A stretch of 64,000 nucleotides of DNA from Camelus dromedarius (GCF_036321535.1 NC_087437.1:103418001-103482000), one strand, 5' to 3'; positions 36,173-49,965 are shown, counted from the first letter of the stretch. The notes: generated by a model from the sequence alone, not told the origin. Numbers and translations: made by a program.

Positions 36173-37799
36173 TATGGGAAAAAAATGAAATTTTCAACAT
36201 TTATATGATTTTTAAAGCTACGAAGCTGGGTGCAGTCACTGGGAGAGTGTTATCGTTGGGGAAAAGAGGACAGATGTATGCATTACTAAATGGATAAAAG
36301 GAATCAGCAAAAGTGACTGAAAGAAGAGGTGAGAGGAGAATCAGGAGGGCATGGGTCTTGGATCGTAAGTAAAGAATCTGTAAAGGGAGTGATCAGCTAT
36401 GCAGATTGCTTCTGTTGTTAAGTGAGACGAGGGCAAATGATTGTCCAGTTAATTTAACAACTAAACTTCATTGGGGACTTTAGCTGTAATTATTGAGTTA
36501 CCTGACATGACTGAGTTTAAAAGAGAATGAGGAGATAAATTGGAGACACAAAATATAGACAACTCTTGGGAAGTTCTGTAAAAGGGTGGTTGGTGATAGC
36601 ACAGAGAGTGTGTGATCAAAAACATTTCTAAATGTATTCTGCATTTAAGTTTTTAAACTAGTAATCAATTTACATGATTAAAAAATACAGAGAAATCATG
36701 CAACAAAGTAGTTTGTGAGGGGATAATTTCATTTCATAAGTGTAAGGTTTGCTTTTTGGCCTGGTTAGATAAGAACCGTAAATCAGGAGGAAAATCAGAA
36801 TGTAAGTATGAATGCAGGTAGATGGGTAGATAGATCATAAAAATTTGTTATATTTTATTTTTGATTCATTATACCTTCCCAGGTGAAAAAAAAATGGTGT
36901 TTGAGAAGAAGGAGGAAGGTGTGATATGGTCCTTGAGATTAGAACGGGGAGGGGGCTGTTAATGGACAAGAAACACTGAGGAGCATCTCTGAGCAGGAAG
37001 GAAGTTGAGGTTACTGGCCAGGAGTTAGAAGTGTGATCAGTCACTATGCATGTGTGCTTTTCTCCAGCCACTTAGAGTTGCTCAGATGCAGGCATAGAAC
37101 ACGTAGACTTAATTAAGTTTGGGATGTCTCCAAGGTAGTAAAATGCAGAAGAAAAGGGAGAGCAAGAAGTGAACTGTAGTTCATGCAAAAGAGTGACTAT
37201 GAAACCAAAGCAGGTGATGAGGAAAATAAAGACACGCTGGGGTGAAAAAGGGTCCTATAGCAACGGACTGAAGGAGGCTCAGGTAGAAAAAAGGTGTTGT
37301 TAGAACTGTAGTAATAAAAAGTAGGACTTAAAAGATAGAGGTGGTGATTGGTGAATGGAATAGTTGAAGCTGATATTGGTGGGGGGTGTGGGTGCTAGAA
37401 ATAACAAGGCTTGGGCATTAACACAGAATCAGTGACTGAAGGGTAAATTCATTGGAGGGGAAACAGCGAAAGAACTTTTGGGTTTATAGAATGGAAAGAA
37501 TCTTTAATATTAGCACTGAAATCACCAAAAACTTTTAGCAAGAATTCTTTTGGGGAGACAATGGGCAGGTGCTATGTCTTCATACAGAAACCATCTGGGA
37601 AATAAAGTCAGGATCAGTGAATTGAGTTATTTCCTGTCATTTAGACAGATGGAGAACTGGGAATTTTATCATTTTGGCATCAGAAAAAGTCAAGATGGTA
37701 GAGGCTATGGTGGACATGTTGAAGTGGCTAAGGCAAAACATTCCATCAGAGAGACATTAGAGGAGGATATAAATGGGAAATTCCTGTAAATGGTAACTT

Positions 37800-38050
37800 T
37801 ATTAACAATAATACCTTAATTCTTTTTCCCCTGTATGGCACTTGACAGTTTCTACAGCATTTTATCCTGATTTCATGTGACCTTTACGACAACTCTGTGA
37901 AGAATGTGGAGACAGTGCTGTGCTCATAGAGGGAAAAAAATGAGGCTTTGAGATGTTAAAAGTTTAGCTCCAAAGCTTATGACTCCTAAATAAATGGAAC
38001 GCTCAAAAGTTTTCCGAGTAAATGCAATGTTCTTTGCTCTGAAGCACTAT
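37800..38050 (-). mobile_element. MIR SINE
   Basis: 'ttatcctgatttcatgtgacctttacgacaactctgtga...tgaggctttgagatgttaa'. Confidence 0.65.
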
Positions 38051-38469
38051 GCCTATTTCATTTTTTGTCGATATTTGTTTATATTTTATAGTACGTTGAC
38101 CTCAAGATACGTAGAAGCATTTATCACATTCCAACACAATTATACAATTCAGTGTATTCGCTCTTGAAGATTCCATGGTGAAGCAAAGTACATTTTGGCA
38201 GATAGACTCTAGATCAAAGGGGATATTTATGAGTCAATGAAGATCATCTCTTTTGAAATTTTCTATATAATTTAAAAAGTATAGATGCTTTTTAAAATTA
38301 TTGTATCTTTATTACTGTACTAGATGATATAGAGCATTATGCTGCAGGTTAGCATTAAGTACTTGAAAACATTTTATTTTTTGGCCTCAGGAAAATAGTT
38401 TCAACTTCATTCTCTTCCAGAGTGTTGCAATTTTCCTGCTATTTGAACCATAAGCTTCAGAATAATTTG

Positions 38470-38665
38470 AATACTTTCTATCTGTTATGCAGTCAACGTA
38501 TTGAATGTTTCAAGACTTCAGATTTCTTTTCTGTAAAATAGAGATAATGGTGTATATTCCCAGGGTCATGATGAAGAGTAAAGGAGGGGATGGATGTAAC
38601 GTTCTGACCACTGTGTCTTTGTTCTAGCAAGGACTTCAGAAATGGTTGCTGTTATAGTAATAATT
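38470..38665 (+). mobile_element. MIR SINE
   Basis: 'ttcagatttcttttctgtaaaatagagataatgg...cagggtcatgatgaagagtaaa' matches the MIR core. Confidence 0.65.
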
Positions 38666-38671
38666 ATTTGA

Positions 38672-38965
38672 TTTTTAAATTTTTATTGAAGTATAGTTGA
38701 TTTACAATGCTGTTTTAGTTTCTGGTGTACAGAATAGTGATTCAGTTATACATATGTATATATATATTCTTTTTCATTATAGGTTATTACAAGATATCGA
38801 ATATAGTTCCCTGTGCTATGCAGTAGGGCTTTGTTATTTATTTATTTTAAATGTAGTAGTTTTTATCTGCTAATCCCAAACTCCTAATTTATCTTCCCCC
38901 TCCACCTTTCCCCTTTAATAAGTTTGTTTTTTATGTCTGTGAGTCTGTTTCTGTTCTGCAAATTT
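38672..38965 (-). mobile_element. L1 3' end (camelid/cetartiodactyl type), 5'-truncated
   Basis: 'tttattgaagtatagttgatttacaat...ggttattacaagatatcgaatatagttccctgtgctat...tctgtgagtctgtttctg'. Confidence 0.9.
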
Positions 38966-39319
38966 ATTCCTGCCTTCAAATTGCAAAATAAATAATATTT
39001 TGATACATTAACTGCTTTATAATGATTAAAGCCCACGCCCAAGCATAAACTATTTCTTAGCAACTTACAATTATTCCCATGTCTTTGAGTCAGGTAATTT
39101 GAAATCATATCCTAGATTTAGGTTTTTTTTTGTTAAATACTTGTTCTACTTTAACATATATGGATGAATTTTTCCTCTATGTGTTAAAAATACATTTTTC
39201 TATTGGAATTAACTTCAAGCTTCTGAATTTCCCTTTCTCTTACTTTATTTTAAAATAAAGATAAAAGTAAGTTCCAAAATAAAGTATCTTGTCACTTTCT
39301 GACAAGTGATAAAAATGTC

Positions 39320-39329
39320 TGTATATGTG

Positions 39330-39360
<31 letters not shown>

Positions 39361-39381
39361 ATGTGTGTGTGTGTGTGTATA
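39320..39381. repeat. (TA)n/(TATG)n/(TG)n microsatellite
   Basis: Directly visible. Confidence 0.9.
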
Positions 39382-39489
39382 TAAAATGGGGTAAATAAAA
39401 AAGACCATATAAGATGGTGAAAATAAACTCTAATATATCAAAATTTACAATAAATTATCTAATTAACAAATGAATATTAGGAAATTGGT

Positions 39490-39900
39490 TATCTCTATTG
39501 GTTCTCCCAGAAGCAGACCTGGAGGCAAGGGTTTAAGTAAATGTAATTATTTTGATGTTTGCATGAACATACTCAGAGAAGTAGGGACTGGGGAAGAAGT
39601 CAACAAAGAGTATGCAGAAGTTGCTAATACAATGCTCAAGTAATCCTATAGGAAAACTCTGGGGAACCTGTATAAAACGTATATATCAGAATTACTGGAG
39701 TGCTGAGGGAACTAGGTGTATATATATATATATATATACATACTTATTCTGGAAAGTGGCACAGAGCACTCTTTGAAACTGGATTTGGAGAGGGCATGTT
39801 TCATTCCTCATATCCAGGAAACCAATTTCAGTTTTCTTTGAGATGTAATATGGGTAGATCAAAGTTTTCTGATGCTGAATCTGATACATTAGCTACATTG
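39490..39900 (-). mobile_element. Old ERVL/MaLR LTR within decayed L1M ORF2 sequence (~39385-40360)
   Basis: 'ggttctcccagaagcagacctggaggcaagggttt'; A-rich L1 ORF2-like flanks. Confidence 0.5.
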
Positions 39901-42139
39901 TATGTGTGTGAGGGGGAGGGGGACCTGTTATTATATGCTATAGGTAATACAGGCAAACAGCAAACTCAGAAGATAATACTGCACAAATTTAAAAATGAAA
40001 CATGGGAAATATACTAGCAAAAATAAATTTGTTATAGCAATCATAACTAAAATAAAAAACTAGTAATAAAGATTTTGAAGTATATTAAAGATTCAATATA
40101 ACAGATGTTAAAAACACTCCAAGCTTTTATACATCTAATTTCATATTTTCAAAATATGTAAAGCAATGATAAAAATATAAAGAGATATATTGCCAAATAC
40201 ACATTCTATTGAGTAATCACAATTCTCGCTTTGATTGACATAAAATTTAGACAAATTTAGTGAACATATAGAAGAGTAGGAGAGACTATAAATAAAATTT
40301 ATCTAATAAATAACCACCATAACCCCACAAGTAAAAACACACATTATTTTCATTTATTCATAAATTTGCATCAATCTGTATCTCTCAATTTATAATTTTC
40401 ATCCTCAAAAAAGGTACTCGAAAGACTCATTGTGTTAAGAAGACAAAATTGATTCAAGGGTGAGAGTAATGCCTAAAGAATTTGAGGGGGAAAAGTAAAC
40501 ACCATTTACAATGGATAGATAGAATTAATATATAAAACCGCAAAAGATAAAAATTTGTAAAGCAGATCTTTGTCTAATCAAATTTCCAAAATCAGAGTTA
40601 ATGGAAACTATTTCATATACTTTTTTTTGTAAGCAGATGAGATTTTTGACTCAGAGAAAACTCATAAGATTTTTAACTCTGTTTTATATTTGAGAGGCAT
40701 CCCAGGCAGTTACAGTTTGTGTCAAATAAAATTACAGAAAAAAATATTGTATGGAACATTGCACTAGAAGATCATGGATCAGACTTGGTATACTCCTAAC
40801 TTTTAATCAGCCGAATTGTCTCTTGATTTGGGAAAATAAAGTGTTTCTCATTTTATTCATTACCATCTCTGGGATGGTTTCTTCAACATGAATATGCAAA
40901 CCTGGTCTTGCATCAATTTGTAAAATGAGCTAGACTGTGTTTCCAAAAAAAGACCTTCTCAGATTTTGCAGAATTTTTTAGGCTAAAGCTTTTTGATACA
41001 AGAACCATTTCAATTATTAGCAAATGCATTCATTTGGAAGTAAATTCTTATTCTAGACTAACAAGAAGATGTTTATAAACAGATTAAATATCATCATTAA
41101 TATAGCTATTAAGAAGTACTTATGCACAAAGTTGAATTTACAAAGGATGTTATCTGGATATGCAATCAAAATAATTAATATACTATCTGTGAATTAGGAT
41201 TTGATATAAAAATTCCTAAGGATTTTGAAATATAAAATGATTTGAGATCCAAAATGGATGATGATCAAAATCAAAATGTTCGAAGTAACATATGAAGGAA
41301 GTAATTTACATTGATAAAAATATCAGACAACAGACTTTACTATCATTACACTGCCAAAAATATTTCAGTGTGTTTCTCATAAGTCAGAGGAAAGAGTTTC
41401 AATGACTAGAAAAAATATATATAAATTTTATTGCTTGTGTCAACCTTACCTTTCCTGGTGGGACTTTTAAAAAATTTCCCTATATGAGTTAGAGAAAATA
41501 ATATAATCATCTTATACTTATCACATAATTGGGGATACAATTTATGCTGGTGTCACATATTATTAAAATAGCATCATTCTCTATTCTTAATATTCAATAC
41601 TGACTGTTATGTAAAAACTTCGCTGCCGTCTTCTATTTTATGTCTTATTATACAGCTAAGCTACATAGAGTTAGAAGTGAGTCAATTTTAAAACTTATTA
41701 AATGAACAAGAGAAAATGTGTCAGTATAATTTGAGAAAAAATAAACTAGTTTTAAAACTAGTATTGAGATATTTGGAATACAATATCTTTTGGATAGCCC
41801 CCTTTATAAAGTGCAAAAAAAATTACCTTGGGGAAGAAAGGGATTTTCTTTTGCTCACATATTAAATTTACAATGTATTAAATCATTATATGAATTTCAA
41901 TTTCCTTATGTTAGCTTTAAATTTAACAAAACATATAAATACTTAAATCTAGGTAAGCAATATTTTAAATTTATCAAAGAAGTAAATACTAAGAAGTCAT
42001 TTTCTATGCTGTAGTCTTAAAAAAACTAATTTTCTTTTAAACTAATGGCATTAGAGCAGATTTTAATTATGTATAGTTATATTTTGTTGAATTTTATTTA
42101 CTCCACAGTGTATCAAAATTTTTGTAATAATAGGATGTC

Positions 42140-43110
42140 CATATTAGTAAGAGGCTTTCATTTGTAAGAAACAAATATCTAAATAAAAATGACTTCAATA
42201 TTAAAGAAATTTATTATATTAAGTAACAACAGTTCAGAGGTTGGTAGTTCAGTAGCTCCTAGCTTATTTTTATCTTTTTATGCTAACATCCTGGGAATAT
42301 TAATTAGCTTCTCTCATGGTCACAGGATGATTGCAGCAGGTCCAGGCATCACATTACACATCAATATCTATGCCAATCAAGGAAACATCACTTCCTTGAA
42401 TTTATTGTATTGGGAACTAAAGACTATTCCAAGAAGACTTCTCACCACTGCAGACTTGCTCTCATATCTCACTGTCCATCATTTAGTCACATGCCATTCA
42501 TTCATTCATTCATTCATGTGCTAATCATGTCAGTACCACTCTGGGATCACTGTGAGATGACTATGGTTTGTCATTCCAATGAGATTCACCAAATTCACAG
42601 AAGGTAGTTGTGAACACTGGAATTCACTGAGACTGTGAGTATAGGAAGCTAAAAATAGGGTTGCTTTGAAGGCAAGCAGCAGTGGAACATATGCCATCCT
42701 AATAAAAATTGGAAACAAATTTAACAAAGGGTAACCATTTTTGTAGGTTTTGCTTCAGCCCCAAATGAATTGATCACCCTATATATAAAAGGTGTGTAGT
42801 AGTCAAAATCATGTATCCATGAGATTCAACCCAGAATGAATCTCTTCCCTTACCATCCCTCCCTCATTAATATACCCTGTCTAAACCTCTGCTTTGACAT
42901 CAGCATCCTAACTACTGGTCCTTGTTATGGCCCCTTACCCACTATAAATGAGCCCTTGCTAATGGTGTCCAAGAGGAAAAGTAAATAGAATCATTACATT
43001 TAGGCCACATTTTCCTGGCTTTCATTAAAAGGAATTAAACAGCCATACGGAATTTTGGAGCTAGGGCATTTTCTGCTTTATCAGCAAGATGCTTAGATGT
43101 ATAAGTGGCC
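42140..43110 (-). mobile_element. MaLR MLT1 LTR fragment followed by probable MaLR/ERVL internal sequence
   Basis: 'tattagtaagaggctttcatttgtaagaaaca', 'ctctcatggtcacaggatgattgcagcaggtccaggcatcac'; internal-like sequence follows. Confidence 0.55.
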
Positions 43111-43122
43111 ATGAGACCAATC

Positions 43123-43435
43123 CTTTTTTTTTTCTTTTTTTTAATTGAAGTACAGTCAGTTTCAATGTGTCAATTTCTGGTGTACAGCACAATGTCAGTC
43201 ATGCATATACATTTGTTTTCATATTCTTTTTCATTAAAGGTTATTATGAGATATTAAATATGGTTCTCTGTGTTATACAGAAGAAACTTTTTAAAAAATC
43301 TATTTTTATATATAGTAGCTAACATTTGCAAATCTCAAACTTCCAAATTATCTACAAAACAGAAACATACTCCTAGACAGTAAACAATCTTATGGTTACC
43401 AGGGAAAGGAAGTGGGAAGGGATAATTTTGGGAGG
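43123..43435 (-). mobile_element. Young camelid-type L1 3' end with 5' inversion (twin priming) and TSD
   Basis: Poly(T) plus reverse L1 3'UTR 43123-~43350, then a forward-oriented L1 segment 'atctacaaaacagaaac...ttatggttaccaggg...' ~43350-43435. Flanked by direct repeats ATGAGACCAATC at 43111-43122 and 43436-43447. Confidence 0.9.
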
Positions 43436-44069
43436 ATGAGACCAATCTTAGCTGATTCTAGTATTTTTAAAAACGTGTGGTAGGTGTTCTCCAAGAAGAA
43501 TTATAAAAAAGCATTTCCTCAAATTAAAAACATAGCTATGCAATTACATTCTAGTAGGGATCCTGTATTCTGACAAAGGGAGCCTACTTCCTGATAGAGA
43601 CAGAGCCCACGCACTGTGGAAATATGTAGATATAGATCTTCGGGTCTTCCCAATATAATTTACATTAAAGAAGACAAGTAACAATCATGATTGCCAATTA
43701 AAAATTGGAAAAATACTTTAGGGTAAAGGAGAAAACACAGACAAGCCTGCCTTCACAGATTTCTGAGACTACAATGTCCCATATTTGTGTGATCCAAAAC
43801 CCTAAGCCTAGAATTTAATTTACAATGATCCCCTGTGGGTAGTGTCCATAGATGCCCAGTAGAAGACATTCAAACCCATCTGAAGAAAAACAAGATGCCG
43901 TCCATCATTTTGTTGTAGGGCAGGAGGGGCAAGGGATAAGAGACAGAGCAGAGAGCAATATATTGAAAACCATATGCTCCAAATTCAAATTATGTCTGGA
44001 GGAAATATTTGGATATTACTATTCACAAATGGAACTGACTGGAAGCAGCTAGACAAGAGACCTGCTCAG

Positions 44070-44740
44070 ACTCTTTTAATAAATTCTATTTAAGCATCAT
44101 TTTGGATTTAGAGAAAGCTGCAAAGACAGTAGAGACAATTCCCCTAAGGCCTGTATCCAGTTTTCTCTGTAGTTAGCATCTTAATGGGGTGCATTTGTCA
44201 CAATTAATGAAATATTACTGATATTTTTTATGAACTATAGTCAAGACTTGATTTTTGTACTTGTTAATCTCACAGTCTTCTTCCCGATCTAGTATCCTAT
44301 TTAGGAGACCATCTTACATGTAGTCAGCATGTCCTCTTAGGTTCCTCTAGATGGTGAATAGTTTATCAGACTTCCCTTGTTTTCGGTTGACCTTGACAGT
44401 TTTGAGGCTTATTGGTCAGATATTTGTTAAACTCTCCATCAATTTAAAAGTTTGGTCTGATGTTTTTCTCATGGTTAGACGGGAGTTATGGGTTTTTGAG
44501 ATAAATATCACTAAAATGCTATTTTCTTCACATCATTTTAAGAGTATGTACTATCAATATAATTTTTCATTGTTGGTGTGATCTTTGATCACCTGGCTGA
44601 GGAGAATTTGTCAGGTTTCTTCACTGTAGAATTACTCTTTTATTCACAATTTCTCCCACTGTACCCCTTGTCAGTTAAGTCACTATGTACATCACACACT
44701 TAAGGAGTAGGGACTTGAAGTTGTCCACATAGTTGTATTG
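44070..44740 (-). mobile_element. L1MC-type 3'UTR fragment
   Basis: 'ttggatttagagaaagctgcaaagacagtagaga', 'gaccttgacagttttgagg', 'tgatcacctggctgagg'. Confidence 0.8.
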
Positions 44741-45818
44741 GCATAGAAGACAGTCAATCAATGGTAGGTGGAAGCACTGACCATTGTCAGGAGGCCAATC
44801 TGCACTAATCTCCAGGAAAATGTTCTCCAATTTCCTCTCAAACAAAACCTGCAAAATTACCATACAAGGAAAAATTTCCCCAAAGCAGAGCCAGAATGCA
44901 TTTAGGATAATGCACAAAGGAATTGCTTCAAAAGTGCTAACTCCTGTCCAGGACATTTGATAGATGGTTTGGAAAAGGACTGCTGTGTTTCTTCTTCTGC
45001 CTCCTTCCAAATGAGTTTTTACTACAATTATCCTATTCCTAATCCAACATTTTATTTAAAGATGGGGTGTGTAAACATATTACTTGTTTAAACTAAGTGC
45101 CCATATTGGAACTTGCTGAACATTATCAATTTTTCAGTTACTGTTTTGATTTAGAATTTTCTTGCTAGAGAGGGGAAGAATCTGTATCAAGAATGAGAAG
45201 TGAGTATATAGATCTTTGGATAACCACAGAAAGAAATTAGAAAAAGAAAAAAAAAGCCACTGCCCTTTTCTGATCTCTTATAGTAACAGAAGTTGATATT
45301 TAATTAGTTTGAGTATTTCACTAACCAGAAAAAAAAAAGACATTTCTTATAATCCCAAGCAAGTAGGTGTATTCATAGGACAAAATTTTCTCCAATGAGA
45401 TGGAAGTTCCAAATAAGTAAGTAAATAAACCAGCAAATGAATAAGTGTGCAATTGAAGGGTTATCTCACCAAAGTGATGGGATTTGACCCCTCACTTTGA
45501 CTTCCCTGCCTTATTTTCATCTGGAATAAGGATGTGTTGTTGAGTCATTTGGGGTACGTGGATCTATTTCATGGTGAACCAAAAAAAAAAATGTATAGAA
45601 TTCAGAATCCTTGATTATACTATGGACTAAGGCCACCTCCGGGTGAAGATTTTAAGTAAGAGAAAAATAAACCTTTATCTTTTATAATCTATAGATTTTT
45701 GGAACACTGTCTCATACAGCCACACTTTCCATTCATGAATACAAATGAAAAATGTTTCAAAAATTTATAGGGATGTTCACAAGTCAAAAAAGAACAAGGT
45801 ACTCTTTGGAACAGAGCG

Positions 45819-46280
45819 TGTGAAAATAAATGGAAAACCTCACCTAGGATGGAGTCAGGAAGCCCTGAAAGGAGCTCTCTCACAAGTGTACCACTTGTTG
45901 CAGCCTGCATAACCAGGAGGAAGAAGAAAGATAAGAATTATTTTAATGAGGGAGAACATTTTTCACATGGGAGTTTCATCTCCTGCTTTTAAGAAAGGAA
46001 GATTCCTCTTTGCCCCAGCAACAGTGTGCTAACCACCAAGTACAGCCAATGAAAAACTGCCATGGCTTTGATTGGTTGTTCTTCTCCAACGACCTTTCAT
46101 TGAGAACAAGCCTCCCCAGGTTTCCCCTAAAACCTAGTAAAAACTGAACTTTGCTTTGTCTCTTTGGACTTCCCTATGATCACTCATAGCTTGTTTGTCC
46201 CAAATTGCAATTCTCTGCTCTTCCCCAACAAGCCCATTTTGCTGGTAGAGTAAATGGCTATTTTAATTTTGAGGCTGATG
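45819..46280 (+). mobile_element. ERV1 solo LTR, MER89-like
   Basis: 'tgtgaaaataaatggaaaacctcacctaggatggagtcaggaagcc...cagccaatgaaaaactgcca...aattgcaattctctgctcttcccc...cccattttgctgg'. Confidence 0.7.
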
Positions 46281-46289
46281 GGTACATAA

Positions 46290-47195
46290 TGGATTTATTT
46301 AGTCTAAACTGTATTTAGACATCAGTAAGTTATATGTAAATAATTAAGGTAATGGAATAGGTTATTTCAGAAATATATGAGTGGGAAAGGAATAAACACT
46401 TCTGTCAATGGCAGTGGAACTGATTATAACACGAAAAAAAATATTGAGTTCCCATGTACATCAGATGAAAATAACATAAATATGAAAGACAAAACCTCAA
46501 AGCCTATAAATAAAATATAGGTGATTAATGACATGACCTTCTAGGAAAATACTTTAAAATAAGGCCAAGAAAAACCATAAACAGAATTGATAATTTTGAA
46601 TATATAATAATATTATATATAAAATATATATATTTATAAATATATATAATTATCTGTATAATTATGTATATTTTATATATATTTTTATATATATTGAATA
46701 TAAAAATATATATAAATATAAAAAATTGTTAATTAAGGGACAGCATTAAAAGATTGAAAATAAGGTCACAAACTGTTATACATTTGTTGAAAACTGCAAA
46801 AATCCTAGAATATAAAATATATGAAGGATCTCCACACAGATAACCCCCTCAAACAGATAGAGAGACAACAAAAGACCTTTCACAGGATAAAAAAAAATGC
46901 AAATATGCTTAGTAAGCAGAAAAGTGCAAATACAAACCACAAGGGGAAATCATTTTATATCTAACAAAACCTTTAAAAGCCCTATAATAACAAATGTTGA
47001 TAAAGATATGGTGCACTGCAAACCCTCAAAACTATCTGTTCAAGTTGGAGAAGAAAAGAAGATAATGAAAGAAAACCTTTAGAAGACAGTTTGGCAATAA
47101 TCTGAAGAGTTAAACATCTACGTAGTCTAAGACCCATCAATTCTGCTTCTAGGTGTTTATCATAGACTAGAAACTCTTGAACAAATACACAAGAA
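46290..47195 (+). mobile_element. Old L1ME ORF2 3' remnant containing an AT-only low-complexity patch (46590-46725)
   Basis: 'gtgcaaatacaaaccacaaggg', 'agacagtttggcaata', 'gacccatcaattctgcttctaggt'. Confidence 0.7.
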
Positions 47196-48679
47196 GGCTT
47201 TCCCTCTCTTTCTTCTTCCTTCCTCCCTGCCTCCCTTTGTCCCCTCTTTCCTCTCCTCCCTTCTTTCTTTCGTCTATCCCATCATTTTAATTTATTTTTT
47301 AATAAATATTCACAGAACACTCATATGCAAGCATTGCCCTAAGAGCTTTGCAAATACCAACATATTCAATACTGTTATGATGCCCATTTTTCAAATGAGA
47401 AACATAATGCAGATAATTGATGGCAGCTCCCTGAGGAAATCCGTGAGAGTTTTTGTTGTTGTTGCTGTTTTTAATTTTCTCTCACTTTTCTGAAGACTAT
47501 TATGTGTTACCGAGCAGAAACGAGTTTTCTGTTCCTTCAGGTTCTTCCCTAACTATCTATAACATTTTTACCCTTCTTCACCTGGTTTAGAATTCAGTTT
47601 TCACTTTAAAAATTTTTAATTCAATATTTTTTTCCTGAGACCTCAATGTATGTCAAGTTGCTTTAGTTTTAAAATTTTTCTCTCATAGCACTTCTGATAA
47701 TGATTACACATTATAGAAGAATAGAATATAAATGTGATAATTTGTGTGTTAGTAATTATTTCTTGTGTATTGAGTACAATTATAAACTATAATATACAGT
47801 ATTATATATTGTATTTGTATAATGTAATATAATCTATAATTATAATATAATGTAAAACATGTGTTTAGGTGGTTAATGTCTGTCTGCCACCAGATTGTAA
47901 ACTCCATAAGAGCAGGTCATAGCTTAATTTAAATGCTACTCTATTCCTAGTGACTAAAACAATGCCTATATACAGAAGACAGCAGGTGATGCTTATGGTT
48001 TAGCTAAACACTGAGGTTACTTCTGGGATTGTATGCTTGCTATAGCTTTTCTAGAACCACTCAGTGGCCCACCGAAAGTGGATGGTGATAGTTGCCTCCA
48101 CAGAGAGGATTATTTTATCATTAACATTGTTCAGAATTGTTGGCACGTAGTGATGAAATAAAGCAGAATAATTTTTTATCTGCTTTACTATTATTTATGA
48201 ATTCTCTATAATGCAAAGCCCTATTGCTTGCCCTCAGAGCAAAATGTTGCCACTCCCCCCCCCCCTTCTTTTCACTCCACAACCCTTCCATAATTCACAT
48301 TGGTTCTTCCAGGCTGAAAAATTGATGTATGTTGATACAACATACTCTTTCCGTGGAATTTCGAACTAGGACTGAGAATATCTTTTGAATGGCTCATACT
48401 ATAATACAAACGCTCTGGCAGGGGCAGGTGGCAGATGATGCTGGAAACCAAGCTTTCGGTCACGTGAGAAAAGAGTCTCTTCAGCAACAAAGCAACAGTG
48501 AACAGGAGAGAGGCAGGCTGAGGGAACTTCTTCCAGCTTTTCCTGAGACCGAAACATTTGTATCTCATTGAGTTCCCAGGAAGTCCCCAAAATCCACATT
48601 CAAAATCCTTGTTTTTGATTTATCTATTTTAATTTGGAATTTGTGCCATTTTCAAGTCATCATTTATAAACAACAAAAC

Positions 48680-49217
48680 ATTTTTTTTAGTTGTAACAAA
48701 ATGAACAACTCATAGTGGTTTAAAAAATAACAGCATTCAACAATATATAAGAAGGCCAGACAATAGCTGTTCCAAAATTGACACAGAGCCTGAGTCTTAA
48801 ATCACCCTTGTTCTTGTCCCCTCCCCTCTGCCCACCACTCTTCCATCCTCCTGTGTGATAGCAATATCTTCTCTCATCCTTGAAAGTCAAGGGCTGTGAC
48901 TGTAAGGATCAGATCAAAACATGGCAGCATTCTAAGCAGGTGGGAGAAGAATGGGAGAGCTGAAGTTTTCTTCTCTTAACACTCACTTTTATTGAAGTGA
49001 AAATCTTTCTCCAAATCCTTCTCATCCCATATAGTCATCTTTCACAGCTCACCGGTGAGATGTGAGCTACATGACCACTACTATCTGCAGGAGGTTTGGG
49101 AAGACAAACTTGAACAATCTTCAGCCTCTGCAATGGAAGGTTGTTTTTTTTTTTTTTTGTTAAGAAGAAAGAATAAGGAGAAAATTGGCTGCTAGGGAGA
49201 CAGATATCTGCCACTGT
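48680..49217 (-). mobile_element. MaLR MLT1(J/K-like) LTR
   Basis: 'tttagttgtaacaa...ctcatagtggtttaaa', 'ctacatgaccactactatctgcaggagg', ending 'tatctgccac'. Confidence 0.65.
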
Positions 49218-49426
49218 ATGATAATATACTAAGTTGTTAGTAGTCCTTTATTGTTAATATTTGCAAAGAGGTAGGGAGAAAGAGATTTTAATAAGGATGA
49301 TGACGACTCTTCTACAATCCCCTGAAGCTTCCATCTCCCTACATGCAAAGGCCAAAAATATTTCCATTTCGTATATGAAGACTGTGGCAATTAAAATATA
49401 TATACATATAATGTATTCATTGAATT

Positions 49427-49965
49427 GTGTACCTACCAGGGTTTCTGTTAAGAACCAGATGGCACTGTTAAGTCAGGATAATTTGAGTTGTTTATTCACC
49501 CAGATGTAGGTGAAGTGTAAGTGACTGTCCAGTGACCTGGGCTGGAATGGAACAATCCTCAAGTCACAACCCCAAAGCGGAGAAAGAGAGAAGGCCTTGA
49601 CAATAACTTGATGGAGAGAATCGTACAATAGAGTCTCCCTTGAGAGGAGCAGGGACATTCAATTAAGACACACAGACAGTTCCAAGTAACCTCAGAGGGA
49701 GGGAACCAGAGGCCCGAATCTCCTGACCTCTCTACTTCCTGTCAGAGCACCTCACTGACTGAGCCCAACGAGAACCCCAGTGCACGGGGAAGCCCAGGGA
49801 TGTGGATAACAGAGGTCAGCCCCATGGGGTAGGTGACAGGTGGCCAGTGAATTGAAAGTAGCAAAGGGAAGATCCACTGCACAGCAAGTAAAACATCCAC
49901 ATGGCAAGGAATTCAAGGGAAGATGCCTCTGTTCTGCCCCCATGCCTGGTGTGCCAGTTTACAGC
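49427..49965 (-). mobile_element. ERVL LTR, LTR41-like
   Basis: 'tgtacctaccagggtt...aaccagatggcac...aggataatttgag' and 'gggagggaaccagagg...ctgacctctctacttcct'. Confidence 0.55.

Larger units (their letters stand above)
34430..37790 (-). mobile_element. Long L2 element interrupted by a MIR and an ERV LTR
   Basis: Reverse L2 hallmarks: 'attcattgagtatctact', 'ttgaacagaactgatggaggagaaggagcaag', 'gaaaggcattccaacctgaaagaatagc', 'gggagtgatcagctatgcagattgct', then purine-rich ORF2 remnants to ~37.8 kb. Confidence 0.8.
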
